A stretch of 62,464 bases of DNA, the filler included, from Polymyxa betae A26-41 (taxonomy: Eukaryota > Protista > Endomyxa: Phytomyxea), in assembly GCA_003693705.1 (NCBI GenBank). It is 3 parts of 3 records of this genome, joined end to end, with 100 filler letters (N's around TTAATTAATTAA, not from the genome) between each part and the next. Parts side by side here need not be neighbours in the genome. Positions count along the whole stretch, not along the records: positions 1 to 31,882 come from RBZT01000486.1; 2 more parts are not named here. One strand, given 5' to 3'. The notes beneath the pieces were generated by a model. It did not search any database and had not been told where the DNA came from. It saw nothing but the letters and a program-made list of their open reading frames with translations. A program made the translations under genes and the position numbers. Positions within the stretch are counted from its first letter, which is position 1; each line of letters starts with the position of its first letter. This document shows positions 11,214 through 24,300 of this stretch, one piece after another.

Positions 11214-12025
11214 TAATGGATTTCAAAGCAAACGATCGCCTATGGTCAAACCATGTCTGCTACTGCTATATATTAGACGGATATCTCAAAAACTCGTTTT
11301 CAAAACCCTAAACCCTTCCAGAAACATTCCCTGGACTGCTAGAAAAGGGTGCAACGATACATTTGCCTGCGGAAATAATCGTGATTTGGATAGTCATTAG
11401 GGATTCTATTTGGAGATTTTGTTCCATCAGTTCTAAAGAGAAGTGGAGGCCGCGTCTGCACGCATGGCCCCATGTCAAGAATGTATTGATAGCTGTGTCT
11501 GTATGTAATGAATACATTCACTTTGCCAATGGGGCAGCGCAGTAATTTGAAACCTTTGTAATAAACGACCCACACTATTGACGTGTCGAGATATATTGCT
11601 CAGAATGTACGATCACATGATAGATGAACTGTTCTAGTCAAACCCTAAACCCTAGAGCAGTCATAGAGTTATGGGAAAAGCGCCTTAACTGGACACTCTT
11701 GTGGTGGCCTAACACAATGCTCAACGACTTTCTAACAATATCCGATTGTGTGACATATGATAAGGATTCGTTCAATAAATCATCTTGGAAACTGTCGTTG
11801 TAAAACTTCGCGTCAAGTGAAGGGCGGCCTCCGGTACAGGATCGTAACGTAACCACCAGGGGCCTGGAAGCAGCATTCGACAGGGTAACATTACTGCATA
11901 TCACTGTCTCCTTTTATATAGGTTCTACTAAGTCCGCGACGAATCGCATCGAGGGTGTGAGGGTTAGGGTTTAGGGTTTTCCCACTTTGCCCACCCGATG
12001 TCGCACTCAACAATACGATGTCTGG

Positions 12026-13466
12026 TCATTCGCGTTGGTAATTATCGATGCGGCACAGGGCCGGTACGGCCACCCGAACCCTGAAAATGTCGTCGTCATG
12101 ATCGGCAAAGTGCGTGATGGAGCCGTTCCGAGCTATGGCAGTAACAGCACCAGCCTGCATCGGCCTGTCCGAGGTATCAATCGGACAGGTATCGTAAAAT
12201 CCGGTCCAATGCACGCCGTCCACGGACACGAACGTATCGCCATTGAATCCGTACACGTTTCCGTGATCGGCCACGACCCCCGTGATCTGTGGAAGTCCGA
12301 ACCCGACACGGACTAAGTCGGCGGTCTCCGGATTTAGCTGCCAGATTTCGCCTTCCTCGGTCTTAGCGATATATAGAAGTCCGGTGTCGCTAGCGATAGC
12401 GATACGATTTACAGCGGGTGTCGTACTGTTGGTAATGAACAAGTCCGTGGCCAGGAGGGTCACGTTTCCGGAGTGCGTCACGCGCCAAATCGACATGCTT
12501 GATAGAGGACCATCCGCAACGAATAAATCGCGGGTGTTCGGATTCAGAGCGACGGAGTGAGGTTCGGAGAATGTCCGCGGCACAGACCGGACCTGATCCT
12601 TATCCAGGTCCACGATCCGGACGCGGTTGTTCTGTTGATCAGCCACATACATGACCCCAGTCCACGAATCCACAGCTAGACCCAACGGACCGTTGAACTG
12701 CGCCTGCGATAATACGGTCCCATCGACATAGCCTGGATCCGAACACTGTCAGGTAACGTAAACAATCACCCAAATCCGGTTACGACAACCACAAAAATCC
12801 ATCGCGCAACGAAACGGGAGCAAAACAATTCACCGTAACGTGAACTAAAACCCAAATCTGGAATCATCAACCACAAAAATCCATCTCGTAGCGTAAATCA
12901 GAGCAAAAAATCACCGGTAACGTAAACAAAAAACACAAATCTGGTAACGTCAATCACAAATACATCTCGTAACGTAAATGAACCCTAACCCTAATGTAAC
13001 CATAAGACCCAAATCTGGTAACTTCATCCACCAAAATCCATCTCGTAGCCTGAAACTGGGCAAAAACAACAACCACACCGGTAACGTAACAAATGGGCGC
13101 TGTCGAATAGAACGAATCTGTTGAACGGTCATGGAACAGACCTTGAGTGCCACCAGCAACGACTTCAAGGTCGCCTGTGCTTGTCAGACAGCCGATTGCG
13201 TGTTGTGCCGGCATGGTCATGCAGATCCGAGCAGCCCCATCGAGGGCGATGGCCCCGACCGTGTTCCCCGTATAGATGGTGTTAAAGATGCGCGGGCGAT
13301 CGTGTCGACTTCCCTCCATCATATAATAGAGGAGTATGAGAGCGCCGCCTCCGATCAATAGCGATACCATGATGATCACCGCCCCGATATATCGGCATTG
13401 TAAGCGCCACGATTGCCTTCCACCCTCGTCCTGGCTCCCATTCACCAAAATCGGCGACGATTCCAT
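12026..13466 (-). CDS. Type II membrane NHL-repeat (beta-propeller) protein interrupted by a minisatellite
   Basis: N-terminal TM (IGAVIIMVSLLIGGGALILLYY). NHL motif PGYVDGTVLSQAQFNGPLGLAVDSWTGVMYVADQQNNRVRIVD and FSEPHSVALNP. The two halves are separated by 12750-13090 (intron or disruption). Confidence 0.7.
12752..13091. repeat. About 82-bp x4 diverged minisatellite built of GTAACG-led subunits
   Basis: Recurring GTAACGTAAAC...CCCAAATCTGG...AAAATCCATCTCGTAGC units. Confidence 0.8.
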
Positions 13467-16388
13467 GTTTGACCCAACGACCGTACTGGACCTTACCGGT
13501 GGCCGTCACAATCACCCATCACAACCGTAACCTCCACAAGCTCACGCCTAAACGTCATTAGCCGTCATGATGGCAGGGATGACAACAGATGGGGATTTCA
13601 GAGTTTCATGGCGGCTTTGATGAAGCTCTTACTCGAATCTAAAATAGTTTCGGATGGATCTCTTTCCTCGCACAGAGACGTTGAATAACCCTTGGTAATG
13701 GCAAAACTCGCGCAGAGTCTTTAAGAGCAATCACGATCACCGCCACCGGTAACGCTGCTCTTCGGGTTTGCTGTAATCAGTGTAATGCAATACATTGGAT
13801 ATTGTTCACATATTCGATAAATTGACCAAGTATGAATTTGTTGTCAAAGTTTAGGCTGTGGACGCGCGCGCCCAGCGATCACCTGAATAGTACGACTGGT
13901 CAGCTCATTCGGCTGTTAATAGACAGATTGTGGTTGTCGAGTGAAACCTTTCAAGATAATTTCTGTCCAGCACCGCTGAAATCGTGAAATCTGACTATTC
14001 TACTGATATCAAGATTTCGAATTCTCTCTGGCAGCAATTCCGTCCCTTTAGGGGTTAGGGTTTTTATCGTTTCAGTTGAGCGTCCTCTCTCGGTTGACGA
14101 TCCTGATAGCGACAAGCAAGTCGATCTAGCAGTGTCTGTCTATAATTAAGTCCCAAGAGACTCTGCTGCTAGATAATCGACTCTCATTACAGACTTTTGC
14201 CAACTCAGTTAATAGTAAAACCGCCCAGGAAGAGGAAAGCATCTTAGCAGAGTGTTCGGTGCTGTCAGGGCACGGACAGATATGCGACTCCAGGCGATGC
14301 TGAAGATAGAGTAACAGAGGGAAAGACAAGGAGAGAATAGACGAAACGGACAGACAGACAGAAAGACAGAAAACGAACGTAGGATAGAAGGTCTATACTC
14401 CATTGTCTTAGGTTTTTTCAAGGTTACGTTGATGGAACCTATAGACCAGATTTTGATAGTCTCGATAGTGTAATTAGATGCTGTTTGTCTAAGGTGACGA
14501 TAAATTCCACGATCTCTATCAGGCTTCTCGAGATCAAAAAACATGAAGTTGATCCCCTCCGATGGAAAGTTTCCTCCGGTCCAGGGGAGGGGTTATCTCA
14601 TATTCAAACGATGTTAATGTTAAACGAAAGGCTCTTTCAATGGTAAACTAGAGCCAGAATGGTCGATGTCGCTGGGGCCATCATACCCGTGGTGACGCTG
14701 ATCCCTCGGATACTTGCTCAAGGTGGTTAATGATTGCTGGTCGAAGCATCAGAAGCAGCAAGATAAGCTGGAACAAGACTGAAGCGAAATCGCCACCAGA
14801 TCTATCGCCCTTCGTCCAGGCAGCAGAGGAGCTAAAAATCCGTCTTGAAAAGCTCAAAGCGATCTATTTTGAACCGAATCGCAACCACGAGAGCCTATCT
14901 GCCGATTTCCGAGAGCTTTTCATGCTCTCTCGCAGATCCGATTTTCAGCTTCAACGATTGTCGGAGTCCCGGGTTGGGAGCAGTTCATCGCGCTCCTGAA
15001 ACTATTCATCACCGATGGCCAGCCGAGCGGCGCCAGCCTCAGGAACAAGATATTCGAAGAAATTCGCAACACCTTTAAAACCCTGACCGATCTCTGTAAC
15101 TTTGTCAAAGACCTCAACAAACTCGATTGGCCATCCGATGTCCTGGTCGAATCTGCTCCCGTTCAGGATTGGAACCCGTGGCCCGATCTCGACGCCAATG
15201 TGCAGCCTGCAGCCCCAGCCCTCCAGCCAGGTCAGGCCATGGCCGGTGAAGCAACACAGGCTGTGGCCGGTGTGACAACACAGGCTGTAATCAGATACTG
15301 AGAGCCATGTAATAGCCTGTCATCTGCCATCAAATTATAAGAGGCTGTTTCAAGCTGTGGCATTTAATAAAGATGAACCCAGAAAAAATGCGTGTTTAAA
15401 GCATTCAAAAGATATTTTTCAGGGGAATAAGAGTAGAGATAACCGTATGAAATGCTGAGGAAACTGCGTAGGGTAGCCGTGAGAAGAAGTTGCGGTGCCT
15501 GTAAGTAACATAACATCAGATTACCTAATCATCCATAGCCAGATGATGGCCCGATTCTTGGCAGGTGCAGAATCCGAGAGCAGGCCAAACGAAACGTTCG
15601 AAACGCAAACGCTCCTCAGAATTATGGAGCATATTATCAATCAGGAAGCGACCGCTCAAGCCCTCAATTTAAAGGGAGTGCACGACTTGCCCTTTACATG
15701 ACATCGTCTCGACAGATAATCATCGCACTTGAGCAAAATATCCATTTTACAAAGCATGAATATGTTAGAAGAGATCGACCGTGACACGACGCGCGATCAT
15801 CATGAGTCAAGTCAAGTTCTGTTTACTTACGAATAGTGGTCAGTGAATAAACATTACGAAAACTATCCTCAACCGACTAACTCAATTAGAATAAATATCG
15901 CAATTAGAGGGCGAGAAAAACAGATATAAAATGGTGGAAAAATAAAAAGTGATAGAATATATTCTTCAACTTGTGAGACATCACTCCAATCGTTTCTTTT
16001 GTAAAATCACTTCAAATCCATTCTTATCCTCTCGCCAGATAACGCTCTAGGTCCTGCCCTTTCGGGTTTTTGTAAGCCAATCGGGACCGAAAATTAGAGA
16101 CAAAAAATTTAGCAAAAACTACTCAAGAGGTGAAAGGTGATTGTTGTTTGATGTGTTCACAACCCATCACGATTCGGCTGATCCTAGCTCCGGATATCAG
16201 GCTGGTCCTTGGCAATCCAGTGACGAAAATTGGGTACGCAAGTTTTCTTTGGATGACAAGAAAAACAATGTCCGCCAACAAAAAATGGGAAGGGAAGACG
16301 GAATGCGAAAAAGGGAACGATAAAGTGCGAGAGGGACTCCGCTGCGGACCAACACTGACCATTGGCTCTGGTCTTCTCCAGGTTGACC

Positions 16389-18841
16389 ATGATCACCGTC
16401 CATCTGCTCTCCTTGGCCTTCGCCCTGCTATGCTGCGTGGCCAACGCCACCGATCCACTCCTGGATCTCCTCAGACCGCCAAAGGGTTTCCCGAACGGAG
16501 CCATCCACCTGATCGCCGATTACGATACTGTAGATCCAATCCAAAACTGTGAGCTGTCTTGCACTCACATAACGTTACTTTACAGGTCCCGAGCCTTGAT
16601 CTTCAACGGCCGCTCGAAGCCCTTGTTGCTTTACTACCCCAACACGTTACTGTCTATATTAACACTGCCACGGACACATGCGGTCCAGACGAAATCGTTC
16701 GGCAACTTCGCACTCAAGTCGACGACTCTTATGCAAACGACGCGAATCTGAAACCCGTAATTGATATTAACGGACTTCTGGATTTGCGGCCGTATCTTCT
16801 ACATATCGTTATCAGTAACATTCGTGTGAATGGCGAACGCTTACGCTGGCATGGAGGCCCCGCCATCCTATTTCGAACCTTTTGTGATTCCACGAACTGC
16901 CTTGTGCAGCAATCTCCGCAGCTACATGTATTCGATGTAGTAGATCTTGGACATATCGGAGTTAGGTTCACCAAAGTTCATCCTATGATGGAATTCTGGC
17001 GGAGACTGGGCCAGTTCGGCCGGAAATCTCCGCACAATCTGCAGAACTTCTATCGACCGATTCCGGACACTGTCGCTGCTAGCGGATCGGTTGATGATAC
17101 AATCATCAACGTTGAATCGGATGAAAGGAACATGATACCTGTAACGTTAACAGAGTCGGAGGCTGCTCATCCTTCTCTGGAACGGATTATGCAGCAGATC
17201 GTGATGCGCACTCGGCATTACGTTACGATCAGACTACCCCATCAACTGCAACGCATGAAGCAACGTTTCCAATTGATTGCTGTCAAGTTACAAGTCCTCA
17301 TGGAACGTATCAAGCAACGTTTCGTCGCAACTGGTGATTCAATTCGTCACTTCGGCTCGGAGATAGCGTCTTTCTTTTCCCAATCGTTACCATGGTGCTT
17401 CTTCACTTCGTTACATCATATCGGTCGTGGTCTGTTCGCTGTTGGTCAATGCTTGCGTTACATCGGCTCGGCGACTGCATATTGCATTACCGACACGTTA
17501 CCGTGGTGTTTCTTCACTACGTTACATCATATCCGTCGTGCTTTTTTTGCAGTCGGTCGATTCTTACGTTACATCGGCTCTGCGATTGCATACTCCATTA
17601 CTGATACGTTTCCGTGGTGTTTCTTCACTTCGTTACATCACCTCCGTCGTGCACTGTTCGCGGCCGGTCGATTCTTGCGTTACATCGGCTCGGCGATTGC
17701 ATTCTCCATTACCGATACGTTACCGTGGTGTTTCTTCACTTCGTTACATCACCTCCGTCGTGCACTGTTCGCTGTCGGTCGATCATTGCGTTACATCGGC
17801 TCGGCGATTGTATATTTCACAACCAATACTTTACCGTGGTCTGTCATCACATCGTTACATCATATGTGGCGTGCTGTGTGCGCTGTCGGTGGATTCTTGC
17901 GTTACGTTGGGTCGGCCATTGTCCATTTCGTTACCGAAACGTTGCTGCTGTGGCTCTTCACTTCCTTGCCTTATATCTGGCGTGAACTGTGCACTGTCGG
18001 TGTCTTCCTACTACTTGCTTTGGACGGCCTCATTTACGCTACCGATCTGATCCGATTCCGTAAAATCGATCTGCTGTTACATCTATGGAACCGCATTTTA
18101 CTGCCCATGTTCCAGACTGCATTCGATTTCGCGCGCAGGATGCGTCCTGCAGTGGCCGCAATCGCTAGATTCTTCCGTTTCATCGGCTCGGAGATCGTAT
18201 ATTTCATTACCGATACGTTACCGTGGAGTATCTTCACTTCGTTACATCATTCCTGGCGTGCATTGCGCGCTGTTGGTCGATTGCTCCATGTCATCGGCTC
18301 GGCGATCGTATATTTCATTACCGATACGTTACCGTTGATATTCTTCACTTCGTTACATCATTCCTGGCGTGCATTGTGCGCTATCGGTCAATTGCTCCAT
18401 TTCATCGGCTGGGCGATCGTGTATTTCATTACCGATACGTTACCGTGGTGTTTCTTCACTTCGTTACCTCATATCTGGAATGCACTGTGCGCTGTCGGTA
18501 GATTCGTCCGCTCGGCGATGTTCTATTTCATTACTGTTACGTTGCCGCGCTGTTTCTTAACTTCGTTACCTCAAATATGGCGTGGAATTTGCGCTGTCGG
18601 GCGATTGTTCGGCTTTATCGGCTTGCGCTTACTGGCCTTTCTTGGGGCTCAAATCGCTTTATTGTACCTGGGTGTTCGTCAACTGGGGCGATGGGGTGCT
18701 GTGGCAGTTAACAAAGTTCTCTACGGCTTCTTCATTGTATTTTTCGGGGTTCCTGGCGCACTGATCTGGATGCTAATCCAGTACTGTCTGGGCCGTACTG
18801 GACCCGTCACCGACCCGCAGTCCGATCTCCCAGACTTTTGA
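16389..18841 (+). CDS. Secretory-pathway membrane protein with about 10 tandem 37-aa hydrophobic/amphipathic repeats
   Basis: Signal peptide MITVHLLSLAFALLCCVANA from ATG 16389. A putative phase-0 intron 16530-16585 joins it to the 760-aa ORF. C-terminal TM LYGFFIVFFGVPGALIWMLI. Confidence 0.75.
17350..18620 (+). repeat. 111-bp coding tandem repeat in two blocks
   Basis: CATCGGCT at 17461, 17572, 17683, 17794, then 18181, 18292, 18403. Consensus IGSAIVYFITDTLPWCFFTSLHHLRRALFAVGRFLRY. Confidence 0.95.
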
Positions 18842-20179
18842 ATTGTTTGTCAAAGATTCCACTAAATCTACAGTACATCGTTTGAGCCTCGTCCAATTTT
18901 TGTGGTGCGAATAGTGATGTATCCTCATCTGCGAGCAAAAGCAACGGTCTTAATTACTAATTAAGACAGTCCGATTATAAGTTTGGTTCACCTATTTGAC
19001 CAAATGTACAATTTTACCTCAGAAAGGCCGGCTTCGCTATATTAAGGATGCCAAGTGTGGTGTAGTATGAGTCTCTAGATAGCGCCCAATGTTGTCTTCA
19101 TTTTCAAACTATGATAATCAAGGATGGCCATACTCAAGTAATGTTTATTGCGTTTCGTGCTGATCTATCGACGGGAGTTGCAAAATGCAAGCACTGTGCT
19201 TATGGCATGGTCCCGATTCTTGTGAAGAGGTTGAAGTTATTTGCGGGATGTTGTGAGAAGTTACGAAGGAGAAAAAAAAGCAAAAACATTGCATGTGCAA
19301 AGTTTCAAACATTCGCAGAATCTGTGGGGATGAGTCGTACGGTACAGCTTTCACTCCGAAGCGCGCGAGCTTGGAAGCGCGTACCAACCTGGAAGTATAA
19401 TAATCGCAGACGATTGCTGCAGGAGAATACCCTAATGAGCGATAAAGATGGATGCGAATGCAATTCACTGAACCTGATATTCATCCCTGACACTGTCATA
19501 ACATAGTATCAACAGATGGAATCAGATTGATCATGTTCACTGATTTTGGACAATGGACTGCTCAGAGTCCTTATCAAACTGCTTGTAATATTCAGGCATC
19601 CAGCACGAATATCCCTCTATTAGTGCTCGCTGTTCCTATCCAAAAACAGTATGAAGTTTCTGTATGCGACAAAACAGCAGTGCTGTTTTATCTTCTAACC
19701 CCGCGTGGAAAGAAGACTACACTCCCAATCCAAATTCGTTATAAAACCGCGTCCTTGACTGCACCGTAGGGATTTCATTTTAGAAACCGTGTCTATTGGA
19801 AGCCAAACGATAATTTTGATGAAATCATGTCTAAATATAGAGCTCATTGAATGTTTTTGTTGCTTTTCTTATAAAAATAGAATATACAAAAAATATATGT
19901 ACAGATAATTAATCCGATATTTGATGGCTCGCATATTTTTAATTTTAATTTGGGTAACTCAGTTCTGCTTTAAAAAAATGACCATCTGGAAGGTGCAAAT
20001 CTTGCACTAACACGGCTTGACGACTGGTGACTACCACCGAACGGGCACTTCTAAATATCCTTCCTGGCATTTGAGTTATATCGGCAATCTAACGAGACCA
20101 ATCCAAAATTCTCGTTTGGCTTTCATTACACATGGTCTCTCTTTCGAAATCGCTATGGTGTTGCCATGGGATTCGATGA

Positions 20180-20375
20180 GCAGCCTTCTGTCCACGAGTG
20201 AGCGCGCAGCCTTCTGTCCACGAGTGAGCGCGCAGCCTTCTGTCCACGAGTGAGCGCGCAGCCTTCGTAACACGAGTGAGCGCGCAGCCTTCTCAACACG
20301 AGTGAGCGCGCAACATTCGTAACACGTGTGATCGCAGCCTTCACTCCACGAGTTAGCCGGCTGCCGCAGCCTTCT
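20180..20375. repeat. 26-bp minisatellite, about 7 copies
   Basis: GCAGCCTTCTGTCCACGAGTGAGCGC repeated head to tail and decaying rightwards. Related units resume after the hAT insertion. Confidence 0.9.
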
Positions 20376-20944
20376 CAGGCATGGCAGCCACCAGGTTTTT
20401 TAGGTTTAGTTTTTTTAGGTTTTCTAATAAAACCAGGTTTTTTCAAATCCTGAAAATCTAGGGTTTTTAGGTTTTTTCTCTAGACGTGGATTCTGCGCAG
20501 ATTACCAATCTCGTTCTCGGCTCTCCACGCTATTCATGGACGACATTATTTTACTGGATTCGCCTTCCGCGTAGAGGACGCCGTAATTGATTCTGAACTG
20601 GCGCCATTGCCCTGAACTTGGACTACTCATTAAGCTTCGTAACCTTTTTGGCGCAGCAAAAGTTGAAAAACTTCAGTATATCCGTTGGAGCTTTTCCCAG
20701 CTGTCTGGAAAAGCAATCTGTGGTACCAATTCCTGTTTCGAAGATGAGGACGACGCTCAGGATGTCTGAAACTACCGCAAAATCCAATTTTCAATCGAAT
20801 AAATGAGTATTGCAAAAATTTGTCGAACAATTTTTTATGGGAATAGGTTTTTTGCAGGTTAAATGATGGTTTTTTAGGTTTTATTAAGGTTTAACCTAAA
20901 CCTAGGTTCATGCGTCTTCTCAAAGTAGGTTTTTCCCAACCCTG
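20376..20944 (+). mobile_element. hAT non-autonomous element with dimerisation-domain relic
   Basis: 8-bp TSD AGCCTTCT. Imperfect CAGG...CCTG ends. Internal IKLRNLFGAAKVEKLQYIRW resembles the hAT C-terminal KLRNRL...KV.KL.YI motif. AGGTTTTT subterminal repeats. Confidence 0.8.
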
Positions 20945-21958
20945 AGCCTTCTCGATCAATGCTGCGCGCAGCCTGTCCGTGCGCAGCCCGCCTGCGAAAA
21001 GGGCCCTCGTTGCCTCCGATCCGTCCCCAACCGCCTTGCCCGCGGCCGGAACAAGAGCCAGATTCCGACGGATGCTTGCCCTAACGCAGTCAAGATCCGG
21101 AACCAGCTCCAGGCGTCGAACTCCAACTACTTCTGATCCATTTTAGACACCGAAGTCACGCGGTTACGAGAAAGGACCATCAATTTTTGTCGCAACAATA
21201 CTGGCCCAATTATGATGACATCTGATATCAATTGACATGCAAACAGGCACCGATTTCTGACGCCTGGTGCGCTGGCTGTATGATAGCCTGTGATAAAAGA
21301 TTCATGATCGCCGCTGGAAATCCTCGCTGAGACGCTCACACCAATATAAATGTGTGAAATAGAAATTACTGAATATAGACAGAGATGCTTTGAGGCTCGC
21401 GAATGTGATAAACAGGCACACCGCCTGCCTTGTGCTATGAGCAAATTCAATATTTGTGTCAAATTCAATCCATCTATGAAGATGTGACTATATTACGAAT
21501 ATCTGGTCGTAGAATCACAAATATTCAGCTATGTGGCCTTCCCGCAACTAACCAATCTTAAACGGATGGTTGCAATATACTGTTTTTATCTATCAATGAT
21601 ACAGCGAGCACCCGAATTGCATAACTGTGGGTTGATTTTGTATGAAATATTTCTTAGTTCTTTTCGAGTCTCAAGATTGCTTGTCGCTTCGGTGACATCA
21701 TGAATTGTGGGAAACAACAGATATCGTTTTCTATCCGATCCGGGTCAGCAGAAAGTGAGCTGGAGCGTGGAGACTTCTCGAGCCGACATCGAGTCCATTT
21801 ACCGTTTGATGTGTTCGAGCCACGAAGTCCGGGCTTCAGCCCTTCCAGGTTGAGAAGGATGGCAGAAGGTCGTCGACAACCCGACCCTCAGCTGATGCGA
21901 ACTTGTTGGCGTGGGACCCTTGGAACATTCCAGTAGTAGAGCGGAAGGTTGAATCGTA

Positions 21959-22719
21959 AAGTGCGACTCATCTTAATTCTACATTGTTTCAATTCGATTT
22001 CAAATAATGTGCGTACGCACTTTTAGAAATTTGGCATTTTTACCGGACAATATACTTTGATTTCACAGAAGTTTTTTTATCACAATTATTAAATTTGTGT
22101 AGAATTTGATCTCATTCAAAATTCGCACTGGAATTCGGCGATGACTCCGATACTTCTTAACGGCTTTCTCCACTTGATCTGGAGTTAACTTATTCCCTCC
22201 TGCATCGCAGACGCGATATGCGTCCATGTAGCGCTAACACTTCCGAGCAAATTTTTGGATTTGCTGTACAGGAACACTTTTCAACACCACGGGAACGACC
22301 TTTTGCAGATCCTGAAAAGAGTATGTGCAGTTTTTTCTTGTGAAAGCCTGCAAGCTTCTGTATTTGGATCACGAAGAAACGATACGATCCAGAGAACTGC
22401 GTTACGGGCAATTGAGTTTCACAAACTGCGCGACTGTAAAATACTTTTGCGCTATTTAAAAGTAAAAGTGCGTAGCGCAGTTTTGTGCACCTTCCATTTC
22501 CCCAAACAAATTTCAAATGCTGCCAGTCTCATACAAATTTAAAGAGGGACTGTGAAGTAGGGATTTCGATTACAAAAAAAATCTTTCTGTCTCGATGTTG
22601 GGGACGCTGAGATCTATTGATTTACAGAGGGTTTAGTGAGGTCGAACAATTTTTGGAACAGGAGATGTCAATCTCTGTGGCTGCCTATCAACCGTGTAGA
22701 ATTAAGATGAGTCGCACTG
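21959..22719. mobile_element. Tc1/mariner-type MITE
   Basis: 24-bp perfect IR AGTGCGACTCATCTTAATTCTACA / TGTAGAATTAAGATGAGTCGCACT, flanked by TA on both sides. Confidence 0.8.
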
Positions 22720-22869
22720 TAGTCATATAGTGTACAATATGTCAGACGAGAACAGCGCGGGCCGCGCGCAAAAAACCACGGAGTTTGGGGGTTTGACCAA
22801 ACTCGTGTCCCTCGGTCTTCCCATTCTTCATTGGCCTCTGAATCTCTATCCAAGCTCTGCATCAATTCT

Positions 22870-23121
22870 ATGAAGGTCTTCTGGCTTCTCGTCGCTGCTC
22901 TGTTCGGCCTGGCATCAACGGTATCCGCAACAGCACACAAGGACCTGTTCCTGGAGCCCAAGCGTCAAGCTCTGCTGTCCCGCCAGGAGGTTCTTCCACC
23001 AGCTCATGAATCTGGCTCAGATGATGACCAGCCGGACAACGAGGATTTCCGCTGTATATCCTGCGGAAGGTTTTATCTTTTTTGCAAATGTGGGGGAAAC
23101 TATATTCGGGGGGTAAACTAA
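22870..23121 (+). CDS. Small secreted protein, 83 aa, acidic linker and CxxC-x6-CxC C-terminus (candidate effector)
   Basis: Signal peptide MKVFWLLVAALFGLASTVSA. Tail ESGSDDDQPDNEDFRCISCGRFYLFCKC. Confidence 0.65.
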   Translation: MKVFWLLVAALFGLASTVSATAHKDLFLEPKRQALLSRQEVLPPAHESGSDDDQPDNEDFRCISCGRFYLFCKCGGNYIRGVN

Positions 23122-24065
23122 ATGGAGCTCGGTCTCTACATGAACCAACAAGATTAATACAACACCACGTCCCTAATTGATACGTAAACGTTTGGTGTGT
23201 CAAATTCATAGCCGTAGATAAAGGTCAGAATGATAGACTGGTGATACCCATTGCTCATGCCAAACCACCGTCAATCGCTGTGATCGCTATTGTCAGCAAC
23301 CACATATCAGAGTATTGCAACCGTCCACCTATAATGGATTAGTTGCTTGAATCCCACAACGCTGAATATTTCTGACTCTACGAACGGGTATTCTTGATAT
23401 GGTGACATCTGTATGATAGTCTGGCCCGAATCAGATCCGCTTCCTTGCGGCTGTTCAGAACAGCACCAGCTGTCATCTTTCGTGTTGCGGATCTAGTCCC
23501 GAAGTAACTCGAAATCGTTCCCAAGGAATGAGAATGTTTTCTCATCTCGAAAATTGCTACAGCTCTACACAATCAGTTGATATTGAGCTATGTTAATGTC
23601 GGGGATGATCTTCAGGCTCAGTCCAGGCTCAATTAGATTCTCAATCATCCTTGTCGTTCATTATGAACGTCTCCTGCAGCAATCCACGTTACTCGGGAAA
23701 GTACGACCCATCCCACTGATCCTGAAAATGTTCTAAGGCGTTGGAAAGACCACAAGACAAGGACAAGCTCCTATCTGATTATATCTTAAATAAAGTCATA
23801 ATTTCGATGCTGGGATTGCGAATCAAGAAGTGAGCCATCAGTTCTAATAGTGAAAAACTGGAAGAGAAACCTTTCCAGATTTGAGCTTCAATCAACACAA
23901 AAAACCATCTCCGCAACTGGGCGCAAATTCATCTTTATCGAAAATTTAGAAAATAAATTGTTAAAACGCGACCATCAGCTCGTGAACCCTTGAGCCTGTT
24001 GCTGGCATTCATGGAGATGAAGCTGATAGCATGCTGTGACCCCATCACGAAAAAGAAAAAAACAA

Positions 24066-24137
24066 TTCCGGTACGGGGAATTGAACCCCGGTCTCCTACG
24101 TGAGAGGCAGGTATACTAGCCACTGTACTATGCCGGA
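24066..24137 (-). tRNA. tRNA-Glu (CTC)
   Basis: TCCGGCATAGTACAGTGGCTAGTATACCTGCCTCTCACGTAGGAGACCGGGGTTCAATTCCCCGTACCGGAA folds as a cloverleaf. Oligo-T terminator follows. Confidence 0.95.
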
Positions 24138-24300
24138 AGTTTCACGATTGTTAGACGGGAGTGGGTGTTCAACTGGACTGTGTTTGAAGAAGTGTTTTAT
24201 TTGTTAGAATGCAAGCGGAATGCAATGCTTCCGGTTGAATTAGCGTGAGTCAACGCTATTGATATCTCGAGATTGATCTAACAGCGCTCATATGCTAACA
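24135..24300 (-). repeat. About 170-bp dispersed repeat upstream of tRNA-Glu (second copy at 32075-32247)
   Basis: TGTTAGCATATGAGCGCTGTTAGATCAATCTCGAGATATCAATAGCGTTGACTCACGC... is nearly identical in both copies. Confidence 0.85.

Noticed and set aside
14659-15301. Fragmented plus-strand coding-like region
   Set aside because: Multiple frameshifts and no recognisable domain; it may be a pseudogene but cannot be supported.
16690-16730. RQLR as an RxLR translocation motif
   Set aside because: About 85 aa from the start, no EER motif, and expected by chance.
19111-19600. Transposase relics (AKCKHC BED-like; WTAQSP Tc1-like)
   Set aside because: Motifs are too short and no paired TIRs or TSDs were found.
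20180-20375. Short direct repeats as a CRISPR array (also 51068-51360, 12752-13091)
   Set aside because: Head-to-tail units with no unique spacers, no cas genes and a eukaryotic context.
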